DNA of 64,000 nt from Eledone cirrhosa (lineage: Eukaryota): positions 73,036,001 through 73,100,000 of the forward strand of contig OZ024745.1 of assembly GCA_964016885.1 (NCBI GenBank). The letters are read 5' to 3'. Position numbers and translations under genes: made by a program. Under the pieces are notes generated by a model, which was given only the letters and a program-made list of their open reading frames with translations, did no database searches and had not been told where the DNA came from. Positions 37,503-51,789 of the stretch are shown piece by piece (position 1 is the first letter of the stretch; each line of letters opens with the position of its first letter).

Positions 37503-40500
37503 TTAAACATTACCTCACTCAGAATAGGCAGCATAAATGCGCGTGGCTTGGGGTCGTCATGGAAGCAAGGTCACCTGCTCAACGACCTCAGGTCACTAAA
37601 CATAGATGTAGTGGCCATCAGCGAGACCAGAATCTCCGAAGCACGGGTCTTCGCACCGATCTTCGGCGGCTACGATGTGTACGCATCTCCCAGCCGTCCT
37701 GGATCGGGGGGAGGAGTTGCTGTGCTTTTTCGGAGAGGTTTGGATCTCGCCATACATGCCATCTTCCTGGACCCAGAGAGTAAGTTGGTGGTGCTGGACG
37801 TGACCAGCGGAGACGGGCAAGCTTTCAGGCTAGTGGCCGTCTATGCCCCGACAGGAGCAGGGCGGCCTGATTTCTTCCGGCGTCTGGAGACCTTTCTTGG
37901 AACGTCCCGCTCTTTAGTGTTAGTGGGCGACTGGAACGGGATCTTAGATGCACGCTGGGACTGTGTGGGATTAGCGGATAGGGGTGGAGGGTGCAAGAGC
38001 CTCACCAACCTGCTCAGGCCTTTTGAACTGTCTGACAGGTACCGATTGGATTTCCCGAATGTGCCAATGTGGACTTGGACAAACCGCATAGGGTCATCCA
38101 GATCATATCTAGATAGAGTATTTTGTAGGGAAATAGATAGGTCTAGCATAGGCTGTCCACAATTCAAGATAGTCAGCTACACGGACCACAAATTAGTGAT
38201 CTGTGTGCTTGACTTAGATAGGCTTCATAGACGAGGACCCGGCTACTGGAAGCTAAACGCGTCCTTACCAGCGCGCAAGGCCTACAGAGACCGGATTAGC
38301 GAACTAGTTAAGCGGGCGTTGATGGGGGCCATCGACAACAAGTGGTGGTTTGCTCTGAAAAGAGCGATTAGAATAGAATCCATTAGGTTTAGTAAGGCTT
38401 TAGCAATAGAGAAAAATAGAGCAGAGGGAGAACTAGTTAGAAAATTAGACGAGGCGCTTAGCAAAGGCATTGCGACCGACGTGCTTGCGGCGAAATTGGC
38501 CCTTGACCAATTCTTCAATGCAAAGCACGAAGGCTGCGTTGTCAGAGCAAGGGTGCGTGCTCTCAGACACGAGGGGACGAAAGCCGTTCAATGGGCCCGA
38601 GTGGCGGAGGCGCGTCGTGGCAACAAAGCCACGATCCGGTCTTTGGTGGACCACGACGGGCGCATGCTACTCGATCCCAGGCAAATGTGTGAAGCTTTTC
38701 AGCGACACTTCGCTCAGCTGTTCGGGGGCAGCGGTGGGCCGGGTCGAGGGATGGACTTTAGTGTCTACCTCGACGGACTGCTGCGGCTCTCGGCCACTGA
38801 GGCGAAGTGTTGCGAAAAGCCGATAACAGCCGCTGAAGTAAGGGAGGCAATGACTGGCTGCACAAGGGGTAAATCGCCTGGTTTAGATGGTCTGCCCTAT
38901 GAACTTTACGTACAAATGCCAGACTTGTTCGGAGGCCTCTTGGCGGACGTCTACTGCAACTGGCAACAGAACGGGAGAATTCCCAGTTCTGTGAGCCGAG
39001 GAGCGGTAGCACTGCTGAGAAAGGATCCGAACAAGGGGGATAACATAGATAATTTCCGGCCCATAACTCTGCTAAACACAGAGTTCAAGATTTTGGCCAA
39101 GGTGCTAGCAAAGAGGTTGGCGCTTGTCGTTGGTGGTCTGGTGGGAGAGGCGCAGACATGCGCCATTTCCGACAGATCCATCCACGACAACCTCCACCTC
39201 ATGCGATACATCGTAGAGAGGGTAGCTAGGGAACCTGGCACGGGTGGGTCCTTGATCAATTTAGATCAGTCGAAAGCTTTCGATAGGGTCGACCATCGTT
39301 ACCTAGCGGCAGTCCTGAGGGCGGCTGGCTTTGGGCCCGTCTTCAGAGGCTGGATCGCTGCCATGCACAGCGACATCTGCTCTGTGGTGAGAGTGAACGG
39401 TCACCTGTCGGAACCGTTCAACATCATGCGCTCGGTTCGCCAAGGATGTCCCCTCTCGTCCCTCTTGTACGAATTGACTCTCGAGCCATTACTGCACAAA
39501 CTGGAGACGTTGATGGGCGTCCCGCGCGAACTAGGATGCGGAAGATCCGTGTCAGCATATGCGGACGATGTCACCGTAGTGGTGTCGAACGCCAAACATA
39601 TCGAGGCGATCGGCACTACACTAAGAGAATACGAAGCGGTGACAGGAGCAATGATCAACCAGGCAAAGTCAGTGGGCCTGCAGCTAGGCACCTGGAGAGG
39701 CAGGTCCATGCCGTCCAACAGCGTCGTTGGACGCTGGACGGACGGACCGGTTAAATTGCTAGGGGTCTGGTTCGGTCCGGACCTCCAGACGGACAAAAAC
39801 TGGGACTAGGTGACGAGCGGGGTGGCTTCTCTCACCCAGAAATGGGCGGAGAGGAAGCTATCTCTGAAAGGTCGAGCGGAGGTGGCTAACGCGTACATTG
39901 CGTCTGTCATCTGCTACCGCCTGACCGTCGTACCTTGTCCTAAGCCTCGCCTGACTGCGCTGGAGCGTTTGCTCTTTCGCTTTTTGTGGAAGGGACGCGC
40001 TCCGATGGTCAGGCGGTCTATCTGTTGTCAACACCCGCTACGTGGAGGGCTGGGCATGCCGTGGCTGATGATGCGCAGGCACGTGCTCAGGCTACGACAT
40101 CTCCACCTCTTCCTCGACGGTGATCAGGTGTGGTTGCCGTTTGCTAGACACGTATTTCCCCAGCTCGTTTCCTTGACGGAGCTGCAGTCCTGGGTCAAGC
40201 GAAGACCGAGAGGGAGCGCCTGGAGACTGGAATGTCTTCAGACGCTCACAGCCCTCGACCAATCGGGCAATGTGATCGGTGGAAACTCCACCTCGGCGTT
40301 CTATAGAGGATTAGTGGAGGGAAAGAGCGACGACGTACTTGGGGAAACTCTAGGCGTCGACGAAAATCAACTAGCCAATCTCTTCGGAAGAACTTTCGGG
40401 CCAGGGCCTATGGACAACTTCCAGAAATCTCTGGCCTGGCAGTGCTACTGAGGAGCCTTGCCAGTTCGGGATAAACTCTACAGGCATGGAGGTGCCGTCA

Positions 40501-40901
40501 GCCGGGCATGTCCGAGATGCGCGCAGGGCGACGGAACCGTCATTCACGCACTCGTCCAGTGTCCGAAAATTGCTGACTTGTGAGTTTATGTCGAACACCT
40601 GCTGTCGCGTGTAGGACGGATCCGGCTATCATCTGAGTCCATCGTGAGGATTGCTCCGCCCTCCTCCTTTAGCCGGGAAGGGCAGGCAGTTTTTATCTCT
40701 CTGGTGGCCATGGCGAAAGAGATAGTATGGTGGACACGTTTGAAAGGGCTGAAGACGAGCACTTACCTCTTCGGTGATGCTCTGATTGACTTTTTCAAAT
40801 TTCATTTGAAAAGGAAAATCAGAGTAGAGAGGGAAGTGCTCTCTTCCCAGCATTTTGTTGAAAGATGGGTGAGAGAAGCAAGAATGAGTATATATCTGTA
40901 A
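37503..40901 (+). pseudogene. Tx1 ORF2 (APE endonuclease, reverse transcriptase, C-terminal zinc finger)
   Basis: SINARGL, ISET, VYAP, GDWN, SYLDR, TDHK, WKLN, KSPGLDG, RPITLLN, KAFDRV, RQGCPLS, AYADD, GGLG, CPRC..H..C. One reading frame with three in-frame stops (39807, 40449, about 40581). Confidence 0.93.
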
Positions 40902-41149
40902 ATTAAAGGTGGAAAACTGGGAGAGGGCACTTGCCTTGGTGGTCAGGGTCACTGTGGCCTTTTACTGGGCTTTCTCCACAGATGTCCCTCCGAAGTCTCC
41001 CCCTATTGGGGAATTTTTCATTGTTATTTTTTTGTTACATCCTCTGTTTTTGTTTTTTACACGCAGAAATGCCCATTTGTACCGTCCTGTATTGTCCTGC
41101 ACTGTCCTTAATGTCTACTTTATGTAAACCCTTGTGGTTAATAAAGAAA

Positions 41150-41205
<56 letters not shown>

Positions 41206-41639
41206 GTTATTATAAGAAAGAATGAGAAATAAGATAGATTGAAGGGACAGGCGGGTTAGAATTGGAAAAATGTCTAGATAAAAATAGCAGATCCATTCAT
41301 GTTACACACACACACACATACACACACGCACACATATATATATACATACACACACACATATATATATACACTCATACACACATATATGTGCATGTGAGTA
41401 TGTATTTATATATATGTATAGGGGAGAGAGAGAGAGAATTATATACAATGATAGAAACAGGACATACATATAAGATCTCAGAACAAGTAACTTGTCAAAG
41501 TACAACCCGGATATATATGTGTCTCAGATCAGGATTTTACCAGTGTTCATTATTCAGCTGAGTACTTCATACTTAGGATAGTAGAGTGTAACAATATTAG
41601 TGAGCGCCGGGACCCGACAGCGGAGCTCTTGCTGTTTTG

Positions 41640-42075
41640 ACAGCTAATTCCAGACTGTATATGGAAACAGCAGTTGGAATCAAGAGGCCTGAGAGTGAAC
41701 ATAGTTAAAACAAAATTTTTGATAAGTAGAAGAAAGGACAATACTCTGATCCCATCAGGGAAATGGCCATGTTCGATATGTAGGAAAGGAACTGGCATAA
41801 ATTCCTTAAAATGTACGCAATGCAGATTTTGGGTACACAAGAGATGTAGTGGGATAACAGGCAAACTAACAGGTAGGGAAAACTACGTATGCAGTAGATG
41901 TACAGGGAAAGTTGGCATTAGTAATCGCAGTAATAGACACATTTTTCCAATGCAGGTGGGTTCTATAGAAGTGGTTGATAGCTTCCGGTACCTAGGTGAT
42001 CAGATTAGCATGGGAGGGGGTGTTCTGAGTCCATAGTATCTAGAATAAGGATGAGTTGGAAGAAGTTTAGGGAAA
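41640..42075 (+). mobile_element. RTE LINE fragment with PHD-like finger
   Basis: GLRVNIVKTK, GKWPCSIC..CTQC..WVHKRC..CSRC, VDSFRYLGD. Confidence 0.85.
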
Positions 42076-42460
42076 ACCGGACGTAAAAGGATGATGATGA
42101 TGATGATATCTGTCTATCTATATATGTATGTGTATATGTATACATACATACATGCATACATATATATATATCATCATTGTTCTCCAGTCATACAGATCAT
42201 TAAACTGTCTCTGGCTTGGTTTCTACAGCTGGATACCTTCCTAACATGAACCACATTTACAGTGTGTACTGGCTGCTTTTTGATGTGACACCCATATGAC
42301 AACTTTACAGTGTGTACTGGCTGCTTTTTGATGTGACACCCATATGACAACTTTACAGTGTGGGCTGGGTGCTTTTTGTCATGACACCTACATGACCACA
42401 TTACAGCATGAACAGGATGCTTATATATATATAGACATATACATACACACACACACACAC

Positions 42461-42533
<73 letters not shown>

Positions 42534-42635
42534 AAGAGAAATATTTAAAATCATATTTGGCATTTTACATATCTCTATACCCACTCTGTATCTCCCCATT
42601 CATTGAGTACTCCAGTCTCAACATCGCAGACTCTC

Positions 42636-42723
<88 letters not shown>

Positions 42724-42731
42724 AATATATA

Positions 42732-42817
<86 letters not shown>
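42461..42817. repeat. (GA)n, (CT)n and (TA)n microsatellites
   Basis: Direct reading. Confidence 0.95.
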
Positions 42818-42821
<4 letters not shown>

Positions 42822-42859
42822 AAAATAAAATAAAATAAATAAGTCAAATGTTTAAAATT

Positions 42860-45460
42860 TGGCTTCGTTTATTTCTGCTATATATATTTCGGTGACAGCC
42901 ATCTTTGACTGTGACCTCTTCAGGCAGTCCGAATTAGTGTGGTAGAGACAAGTACACATGTTGTTGAGGTGTATAACTTTGTCAATACCCTGATATGCCC
43001 AGTTCCTGGTTGGGTTGTTATTTCACTGAGGAACTGGAATCATATGAATTCAAACGAATTTCACCGTCAAAGGGCCTCTTCTCCTCTCATTGGTCAGTTG
43101 TTAGAACATTCCTCAGTCAAAAGTCTATAGAAATTCGTTCTGAGGCAAGCCAATCTGTAGTTTTTATTGTTATTGTTAGGTACATCTGACCTCTATTCTT
43201 GTGTTGGTAGTGGTGTATTGTTGGAGTCAGCTAAAAAAATGTGATAAAGTGGTAGAAGGAATAAGATGGTAAAGGAACAAAATAAAATAAAATAATCGAA
43301 TAAAATGTGTGTGTGTTATACCCATCCCAATGTTATAAAGATTTGAAAGGTCAAACTTCCCATTGGTCAGTTTTGAGAGCATTCCTCAGTCCAAAGTCTA
43401 TAGAAATTCTTTCTGGGGTGAGGCTCCCTGTAGCGTTTGTGTTTGCTATTGTTAAGTACATCAGACCTCTACCCTTATTTTGGTAGTGTTGTTGGTGTTG
43501 TGGTCAGCTTATGTCTTGCTGCTGCTGACAATTTAGAAGTATCTGTGTGTGTGTTTCTTCACCTCTCCTGCCACCATCTCCCGTGGTGGTGGTGTGTGTG
43601 TGGGGGGGGGGGGGGGGGTTCTGCCATGTATATGAAGAAATAGAAGACAATAAAATGAAGTAAACAGAAAATAAATAATAGAGAATAAATGAAAAATTAA
43701 TGAAAAGGTAATGAAAAAGTAATGAAAAGTGAATATGGAAAATGAAAAATGAAACTGAAAAGTGAAAAATAAAATGAAGATTCGAGTAAAATAAGATAAA
43801 ATGTGTGTGTGCTATAACCAATCTCAAGGTCAGAAATATGTTGGATAGATTGGTAGGAGGAACAAGATGGTAAAAGAATAAAACGAAATAGGATAATCAC
43901 ATAAAATGTGTGTTATAACCAATCTCAACTTAAATATAAATAAAAGGTGATAAAGTGAAGAAAACAGAAAACAAATAACAAATGAATAATGAGAAATCAA
44001 AATTGAAAAATTCAAAAATCAGGTAAATTAAAATGTGTGTGTGTTATAAAGATGTTGGCCAAATTATAAAGGCTGTGTCAGAATCAATCTCTAGTCTATC
44101 ATGGTGTCTGCTGAGCCTGGGTTGGTCCCTATGGCTTGAGGGGAGTTCCCAACCTATGGTGTTGTTACTGCCCATATAGCTTGAGGGAGGTTTGGCCTGG
44201 AGGTGTCTACATGTTCTGTAGAAGTCCCTATAGCTTAGGGGAGTTCACATCTTATTGTGTTGCTACTGTTCATATATCTTGAGGAAGGTCCCGGCCCTGA
44301 GGTGTCTGCATGTCCCGAAGAAGTCGGTTCTGAGGTTTATCAGGCCGCTTCCACCTCTTATTATCTCGAGGGTCTCGTTTAGACATTGTTTGCATATGCA
44401 AAATACCCCTTTATCGGGTGGTACTTTCCTGATTATGGACCAGGCCAGAGAGTACGGGGTCCTGTCCAGCTTAAGCTTCCAAATCAGGTCTGAGAGAGCC
44501 GTACTTTTCCTTTTGTCCTCCTTATTGAAGGAATGGCGATGGTTATACCAGCGGTCTTTAAAGCTCGTTGATGTGGCTCCTATGTAGAGGTGTTCGGAGT
44601 TGGGGGGTTTTAACCCTACAACCGTATACTAGGTTCTTCGTAAGGCATTCATTACCAAGGGGGCATGATTCGGGGTTTCTGCAGTTGCAGAGGGTGGTCG
44701 ACCTCTGCTTGCCTAGATTGGGGTTCCCGTTAGGTGTTATATGGTGGTCCTCCTCCAGGCGCGGTGGGGGGTCCCCGGGTCTGTTTGGGTTTCTTGGGTG
44801 GGCACTGCGTCCCCCCTTCCCTCCTTTCACATAGTTCTGCTGAGTGCTTGTATTGCCATCTTCTGGTTGTGTGTGGTTTTTAAGCCTACTCCTGTTGATG
44901 CTAGCTATGTGTTGGGCCAGATTTCTCGTGGTGGAATACGAGAGCTTCACAGTGTGTCTGTTGAAAATCTTGTGGTATCTATGGTCCCTCGGGAAGCATT
45001 TATCAAGTACTCCAAAGAATGATCGGGCCAAGCTGTTCTTTAGGGCCGCTGAGTAGGGTGGGTAGTACCAGGTGATTTTTCTGTGTCTCCTCCTATATGT
45101 GTGGGTCGGGGGCGTCGTGAGTTGTTGGAGATTTGTTGGGTTGCTGCTGGTTCCCGCATTGTTGCTTCCCCTTTGGGCGCTATGCGTTTTGCTATCTTCA
45201 CGGCCTGAATCTGTGGGGTGGTCGTTGCCCGCGCTGGGAGATCTACCATGGGGTTGTTGTCGCCCCCCCCCCCCCCCACGTGTCCTGCAGTTGGGGTCGT
45301 CGGGCCCGGGGTTGTTAGCATCACCTCTGAGACTGCTACTCATATTGGGTTTCATCCCATGGTTAAGCGTACTCATCACCAACGCCCGTGTGGTGGTGTC
45401 GGGCTCATGGTGCCTATTTGTTTTTGTACTGCCTGTATTGTTAGGGTTCGCAATCTCCTC
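42860..45460 (-). mobile_element. 5'-truncated Naiad-type Penelope-like element with long 3' UTR ending in a hammerhead
   Basis: RKITWYYPPYS, LDKCFP..HRYHKIFNRHTVKLSYS, CNCRNPESCPLGNECLTKNLVYGC. After one frameshift near 44605: LYIGATSTSFKDRWYNHRHSF..STALS..IWKLK..CKQCLNE..INLRTDFFGTCRH, stop at 44263. Confidence 0.88.
42875..42927 (-). ncRNA. Minimal type I hammerhead ribozyme motif
   Basis: Minus strand: ctgc CTGAAGA ggtcacagtc-aaagat-ggctgtcacc GAAA tatata TA gcag, then AATAAA. Stem I ctgc/gcag, stem II 9 of 10 pairs, palindromic stem III. Confidence 0.85.
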
Positions 45461-45489
45461 TCCTTATGCAACAACTGATCCATCTTATG

Positions 45490-45620
45490 CCTAATTTATC
45501 ATGCAGTCTATTTGCCATTCACATATATTGCTATTGCACATCCAGCGAAGCGAGGAAACTTCATTTCTTTCTAATCTTCACAGGTCCTCTGTACACAGTG
45601 CCCAAAGTCATATCAGTAGA
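45490..45620 (-). mobile_element. Short RTE fragment
   Basis: TWALCTEDL.RLERNEVSSLRWMCNSN on the minus strand. Confidence 0.7.
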
Positions 45621-45624
45621 CCTC

Positions 45625-45880
45625 ATGTAGATTATGATCTGAAAAGGTGTAAGGAATGTGACAAGGAATGTGCATGCATGGGAGGTCTTAAAAGACACGT
45701 GAGAACACATAGTCAGAACCAAGCAGTGGGAAGTCCCAGGGGAGCCTACAGTTGCCATGCGTGTGCCAGAGGGTGCAAGTCTTTAGCTGGTTTAAAGAGC
45801 CACATTCGTGCCGCACATTTTTGAGCATTTTATCAGGCGATGGCAATGCTTGAACTCGAGTTTGTGGCCATCATGTATGT
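45625..45880 (+). mobile_element. 3' end of RTE/BovB-like LINE with two C2H2 zinc fingers and (TATG)n tail
   Basis: CKECDKECACMGGLKRHVRTH and CHACARGCKSLAGLKSHIRAAH, then 'gcttgaactcgagtttgtggccatcatgtatgt' tail similar to the tails at 46590-46620 and 47205-47240. Confidence 0.7.
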
Positions 45881-45951
45881 ATGCATCTATGTATATATAT
45901 GTGTGTGTGTTTATGCATTTATGTATATATGTGTGTATGTATGTATGTGTT

Positions 45952-45983
<32 letters not shown>

Positions 45984-46007
45984 TGTATGTATGTATGTAT
46001 GTATGTA

Positions 46008-47250
<1,243 letters not shown>

Positions 47251-47349
47251 GTATTATGTATGTGTGTGTGTGTCTATGTATATATCTTTGTATGTAAATA
47301 TGTGTATACGGGTATATACACATCAATTCATGACGTAGCATTTACATGC

Positions 47350-49671
47350 GGAGTGTTACTCCCTTCAATCACCAAGTGACGACGTTACAGTGGTAAAGAA
47401 AGGGGGTACTAATCTAACGTGTTAACTATAAGGCTATTTAATTCGAACTGTCACCAGAAATTTAAATTTTAATCACCAACTAAATAATCGTACTAATTCA
47501 ACAATATTTGTACAAAAAAAATATATTATTATTAATTATTAATGGACCTTCAAGATATTCAAGTGTGTCATACTAAAGACTATTGAATCGTAGTTATGAT
47601 ATGACAATAAGCCCAGGGATAGCTATACTAATTCTAATATGGGGAGTGTAGTTAAACAGATAGTATAAAAATAGGTTCTATGGTAAAGCACTGTGTCTCC
47701 AACCACGGTACGAGCCACATAAATACCAATATGGGGAGCGAGCAGTGTACTTAAGTCCCATAATAGGGAGGGCCAAACTAAAGAACTAGATATGCCCAAA
47801 TGGGTCTGTGGGACTAAACCAATGGGGTTAGTAGTAGAATTACCCTCCTCGTAATGGCAATGTGCTGCCATATATGATACAGTATCATTCACCATTAAGT
47901 GGGTACAATATTTAGGACGTTATGCCAACGATCAGGGACCAAAAGCTAAACGAAATAAAAAATAAACACAAAAGAATCCAAAGCCCAAGTTGGGGCAAGG
48001 CGTACACTCATACACACCAAAAACCCTCGAGTTGGTGGCTGATGGGTTGTGTCATTACCCGACCATGGTGGCTGGTGGCTATAGGGAAGCCACGAAATGA
48101 AAGTCTCATGGTGGTCACCCCTGGGAATCTAAACATTCACACCTTGGGTTGGGCAAACCGGAGATCAACCGATCATCATGCAACATGCAAATGCAATGGA
48201 ACAGAAGGCCCCATTGTCATACAAACCTACACACTGAGGGAGGTCCACAGGCGGGGAAGGTAGTTGGTTAAGGAAATAGGAATAATGATGCGGAAAGTTA
48301 AGAAAGTGCTATAGGGGTACTTAATGGAGGGGGGTTAACCCTCAGCAAATCTAAGTAATTGGCTTCAAGTGGTAAAAGGAATTAACGTTCCTGTGTATAC
48401 AAGAAGAAAATATCTCAGATTTCCTATTAAGCAGGTCACATCTAGAGTATATTATGGCGTGAGTTTCTAGAAGGCATAGGTTACAAGTTTTGCTCGGGGG
48501 GCAGTAGGGCGTAGATTTAGTCACCAATCTCCAAATAAGGGTATGATCAATATTACCATTTTTTTTTAAATGAACATATTTAGCTAAGGAGGTGGCATTC
48601 ATGAGCCTATCGTATGTAAATGTATATTTGTGAGAGTTGTATCCAGTCTTAAATGAGGTGGAAGTAGAGCCCACATACGTTTTGGTGGAGGTTGCAATTA
48701 CATCACATGCATAAACTATGCTTCTCACGAGGCATTTGCCCTTCAAAGGGCAATTTACATTCCGTCTACAATTACAATTACGGTGTATGTTGCTGTTCGT
48801 GTCCCGGGAGAGCCTGTTGATAAGACCTTCCCGATATGGTATATGTTCTTCAGAGGTGTTGCTACCAAACTCAGGCACCTCATTTAATGTGTTAGGTTGT
48901 TAGTGGTCAATTATAGATTTGATTGTGTCGAAACCAGCTCTAATTTTCCTATTATTAGTGCATGCTAGGTGGTAGGCGAAGTTTGGGGTAGTGGAGTGAG
49001 ATAATTTAATCGTATTTTTATTAAATATACTATGGTATCTACTGCCAGGTGGGAAATTCTTTTCTAGGATTAAGAAGAAGGCTTTGGGTATGTTAGTTAA
49101 GACTTCCGAGTTGTAGGGTGGGTTAAAGTATGTGTTCAGTCTTCTATTTTTTTTCTATATTTTCTATTATTCCCCACAGGAGTCAGATTAAAGTTAGAAC
49201 TACCAATACCCCTACCGCCGTCAATATTATTTCCGCGATATACTTGCTGTGAAACTCTCGTATTACTTAGGTCACTACTCCCTTACAAACTACGATGTTT
49301 ATATACTCTAGATCTGAACATACCGCTATTATTGCCACCAGCAGGAATATGGGGAGGATGTACAACAGGGCCATTCCGTCTGGGCCGGACCGAACCAATC
49401 ACCGTAGGGGTGTTATCCCTACTCCTATTACTATTATTATTCACAGACATATTGTGCGTAATTATATTATTAGTTCCAGCATGGGTGGATTGGGAGTTAA
49501 TAGGTATATAAAATAGTTTATTCATATATCCGGACCTTGCTAGTGCCTCATTATAGTATTCAACATTTGAGTTAAAGATGTCTTCATTACAAGATAAGCG
49601 GCTAATTCTATTAGATACGCCTTTAATAATTGCATTTAGTACTGATTGAGGATGGTTTGAATCGGCATTCA
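47350..49671 (-). mobile_element. 5'-truncated Naiad-type Penelope-like element
   Basis: NADSNHPQSVLNAIIKGVSNRISRLSCNEDIF..YYNEALARSGY, YFNPPYNSEVLTNI, IFNKNTIKLS, CNCRRNVNCPLKGKCLVRSIVYAC..YVGST..CNLCLLE..LLNRKSEIFSSCIHR. Confidence 0.88.
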
Positions 49672-50971
49672 GCATGTAAATGCTACGTCATGAATTGATG
49701 TGTATATACCCGTAGCGGTGAGGAAGACGTAACGTGTGTCTGCCTTTTACGTCATTTATTGATGTGTTTTGCACGTAGTGGTGAAGAATGAGGTAGCGTG
49801 TGTTTATTTTTGATGGAGCAGAATTCGTAAATCTCCTCGTGGTATGTAAGCTGTCTTAGATAATTTTTATATGCTTGTTTGGGTATGACCCCACCTAATA
49901 GACATATTGGGGTACTTGGTGGATTTACTGATTTGAGCACTTTGTGTTATTTTCTATTTTGTATAGATTGTTAGTCCACGTGCTGTATTGGCCAACAGTG
50001 TATTACTGCTACGCTTAACCTGGCATTATCTTGATGTATTGCGGCTGGATTAGGTGTGGTGAATTTGGTTGTACAGAATCCGGAACTGCGACTCGGACAC
50101 ATTGTGCTTCACGATTGGGATTTTGAACACGTGGGGATTTTTTTAATGCATGTATTCAACCTGTATCGCATGTTACTATATGTGATGTTTTGTTTTGGTG
50201 ATCGTTTAAATCCGACTGGTTTCAACTTTAAGGACCATCTATATATGTTGTAAACTCTGGACCGTATTATTATCTACGGATAATCCACTATCTTTATAGC
50301 CTCTTCGGTAGATATGAATATGTTGTGAGTCCTCGCCAGATGTGTGTTTTTTCAGGAACTTAACCATTTTTGTTATGTCATTTGCTTTAGCCTGATCATG
50401 CAATAACCCTGCTTTGCTTGTGTTTGGCCTGTATTTATTTATGTGGTGCATGTATATATACAAGTATAGCACCCATGGTCCACATAATTCCGTAACCTAC
50501 TAGTATACCTTGATTATGTATACTATGTGGAGGAATAAAATCCCAATTGGGATTTCTGAAGGTACCTTGGGAGCCTTTTAGTATTTCTATAACTCTAAGT
50601 TATGGAGAACTAAATCACCTGTTATATGTAGTGACCAACGCATATCTTCTTCTGTTATTTGTGTGCTTTTAAAAACTTTTTCTTTTTTCTTTTTTATCTC
50701 TATATTACTATTTTCCTTTTACTTTATTATTATATATTTTAACTATTGTTTATATTTTTTGCTTTTGTGTGCCCTCATGTGCTTCTGCATCTTGAAAAAA
50801 TCTGCCTGTACCATTGCATTTAGCTGTATTTGCTGAATAACAACCCCACTATGCACTCTCTCAATACTCGCCATTTCAGATCTCCCTCTTGCAGCCCTCT
50901 ATTGTATTTCTAATGTTCATGTGACGAAGCTCGGTAGAGCCTATACACATCATTGTAATTTTATTTTTGAA

Positions 50972-51016
50972 GCTCTGATGATTCCTACCCAATGGTATGG
51001 ATGAAACATTGTTAGC
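50972..51016 (+). ncRNA. Hammerhead ribozyme-like motif (somewhat degenerate)
   Basis: gct CTGATGA t tcc-tacc-caat-ggta-t-gga t GAAA cattg TT agc, followed by AATAAA. The closing pair of stem II is mismatched and the triplet is GUU. Confidence 0.6.
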
Positions 51017-51354
51017 AAATAAAAATTATATGAGTATGTAGGCGTTCTTTGATTTTTTTTACCATCCAGCCGTAGAAAACCTGCCGGATAGTCCTATATG
51101 AGCGAGATACAGTTACCCGACTAACCTTGCCTCAAGTGGGACAACTCCCGTCTAACCAATGCTAGCATGGAAAGTGGACGTTAAACGAGGATGATGATGA
51201 TGATGATGATGATAACGGCTCTCTTCTTGTACATTGAGCTTATACAATACTGTCGTAAATACGACGGTACAGGTACGTTTATGCGCACATGCTCAGTGGT
51301 CTAAGTTTTTATATAAAAAAAAAAATATATATATGCATATATTTATATACATAC

Positions 51355-51399
<45 letters not shown>

Positions 51400-51789
51400 A
51401 TGATGATAATTATATAACTGTTTTTTTTTATTTTTTGCTAAATTGCTAAAATAGGCATTGTTAAAATATACATACACACCTATGTTCATAAATACATACA
51501 TACACGCATACATACACACACACATATTTACATACAAACATATATACATAGACACACACATACATAATACAAATATACATATATACATACAAACATACAT
51601 ACATACATATAAACACATACACATATATACATAAATGCATAAATACACACAGATTTCTTTTACATATATATATATATGTATGTTTATATATATATATAGG
51701 TGTGTGTATATATATATACTGTATATGCATATATATACATATATATATATATGCATATATATGTATGTTTATATATATATATATATATA

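Larger units (their letters stand above)
35222..41151 (+). mobile_element. Near full-length Tx1-clade (L1 group) LINE inserted in (TTA)n
   Basis: 5' UTR, ORF1 with CCHC knuckle, ORF2 EN-RT-zinc finger, T-rich 3' UTR with AATAAA. (TTA)n at 35167-35221 and 41152-41213. Confidence 0.93.

Noticed and set aside
39807-40583. Programmed readthrough in Tx1 ORF2
   Set aside because: Three different stops at positions consistent with single-base decay (e.g. CGA>TGA, TGG>TGA), and ORF1 is also broken.
45501-45824. Host C2H2 zinc-finger gene
   Set aside because: The fingers are directly followed by a LINE-type 3' end and (TATG)n tail, and the ORF start is antisense RTE sequence.
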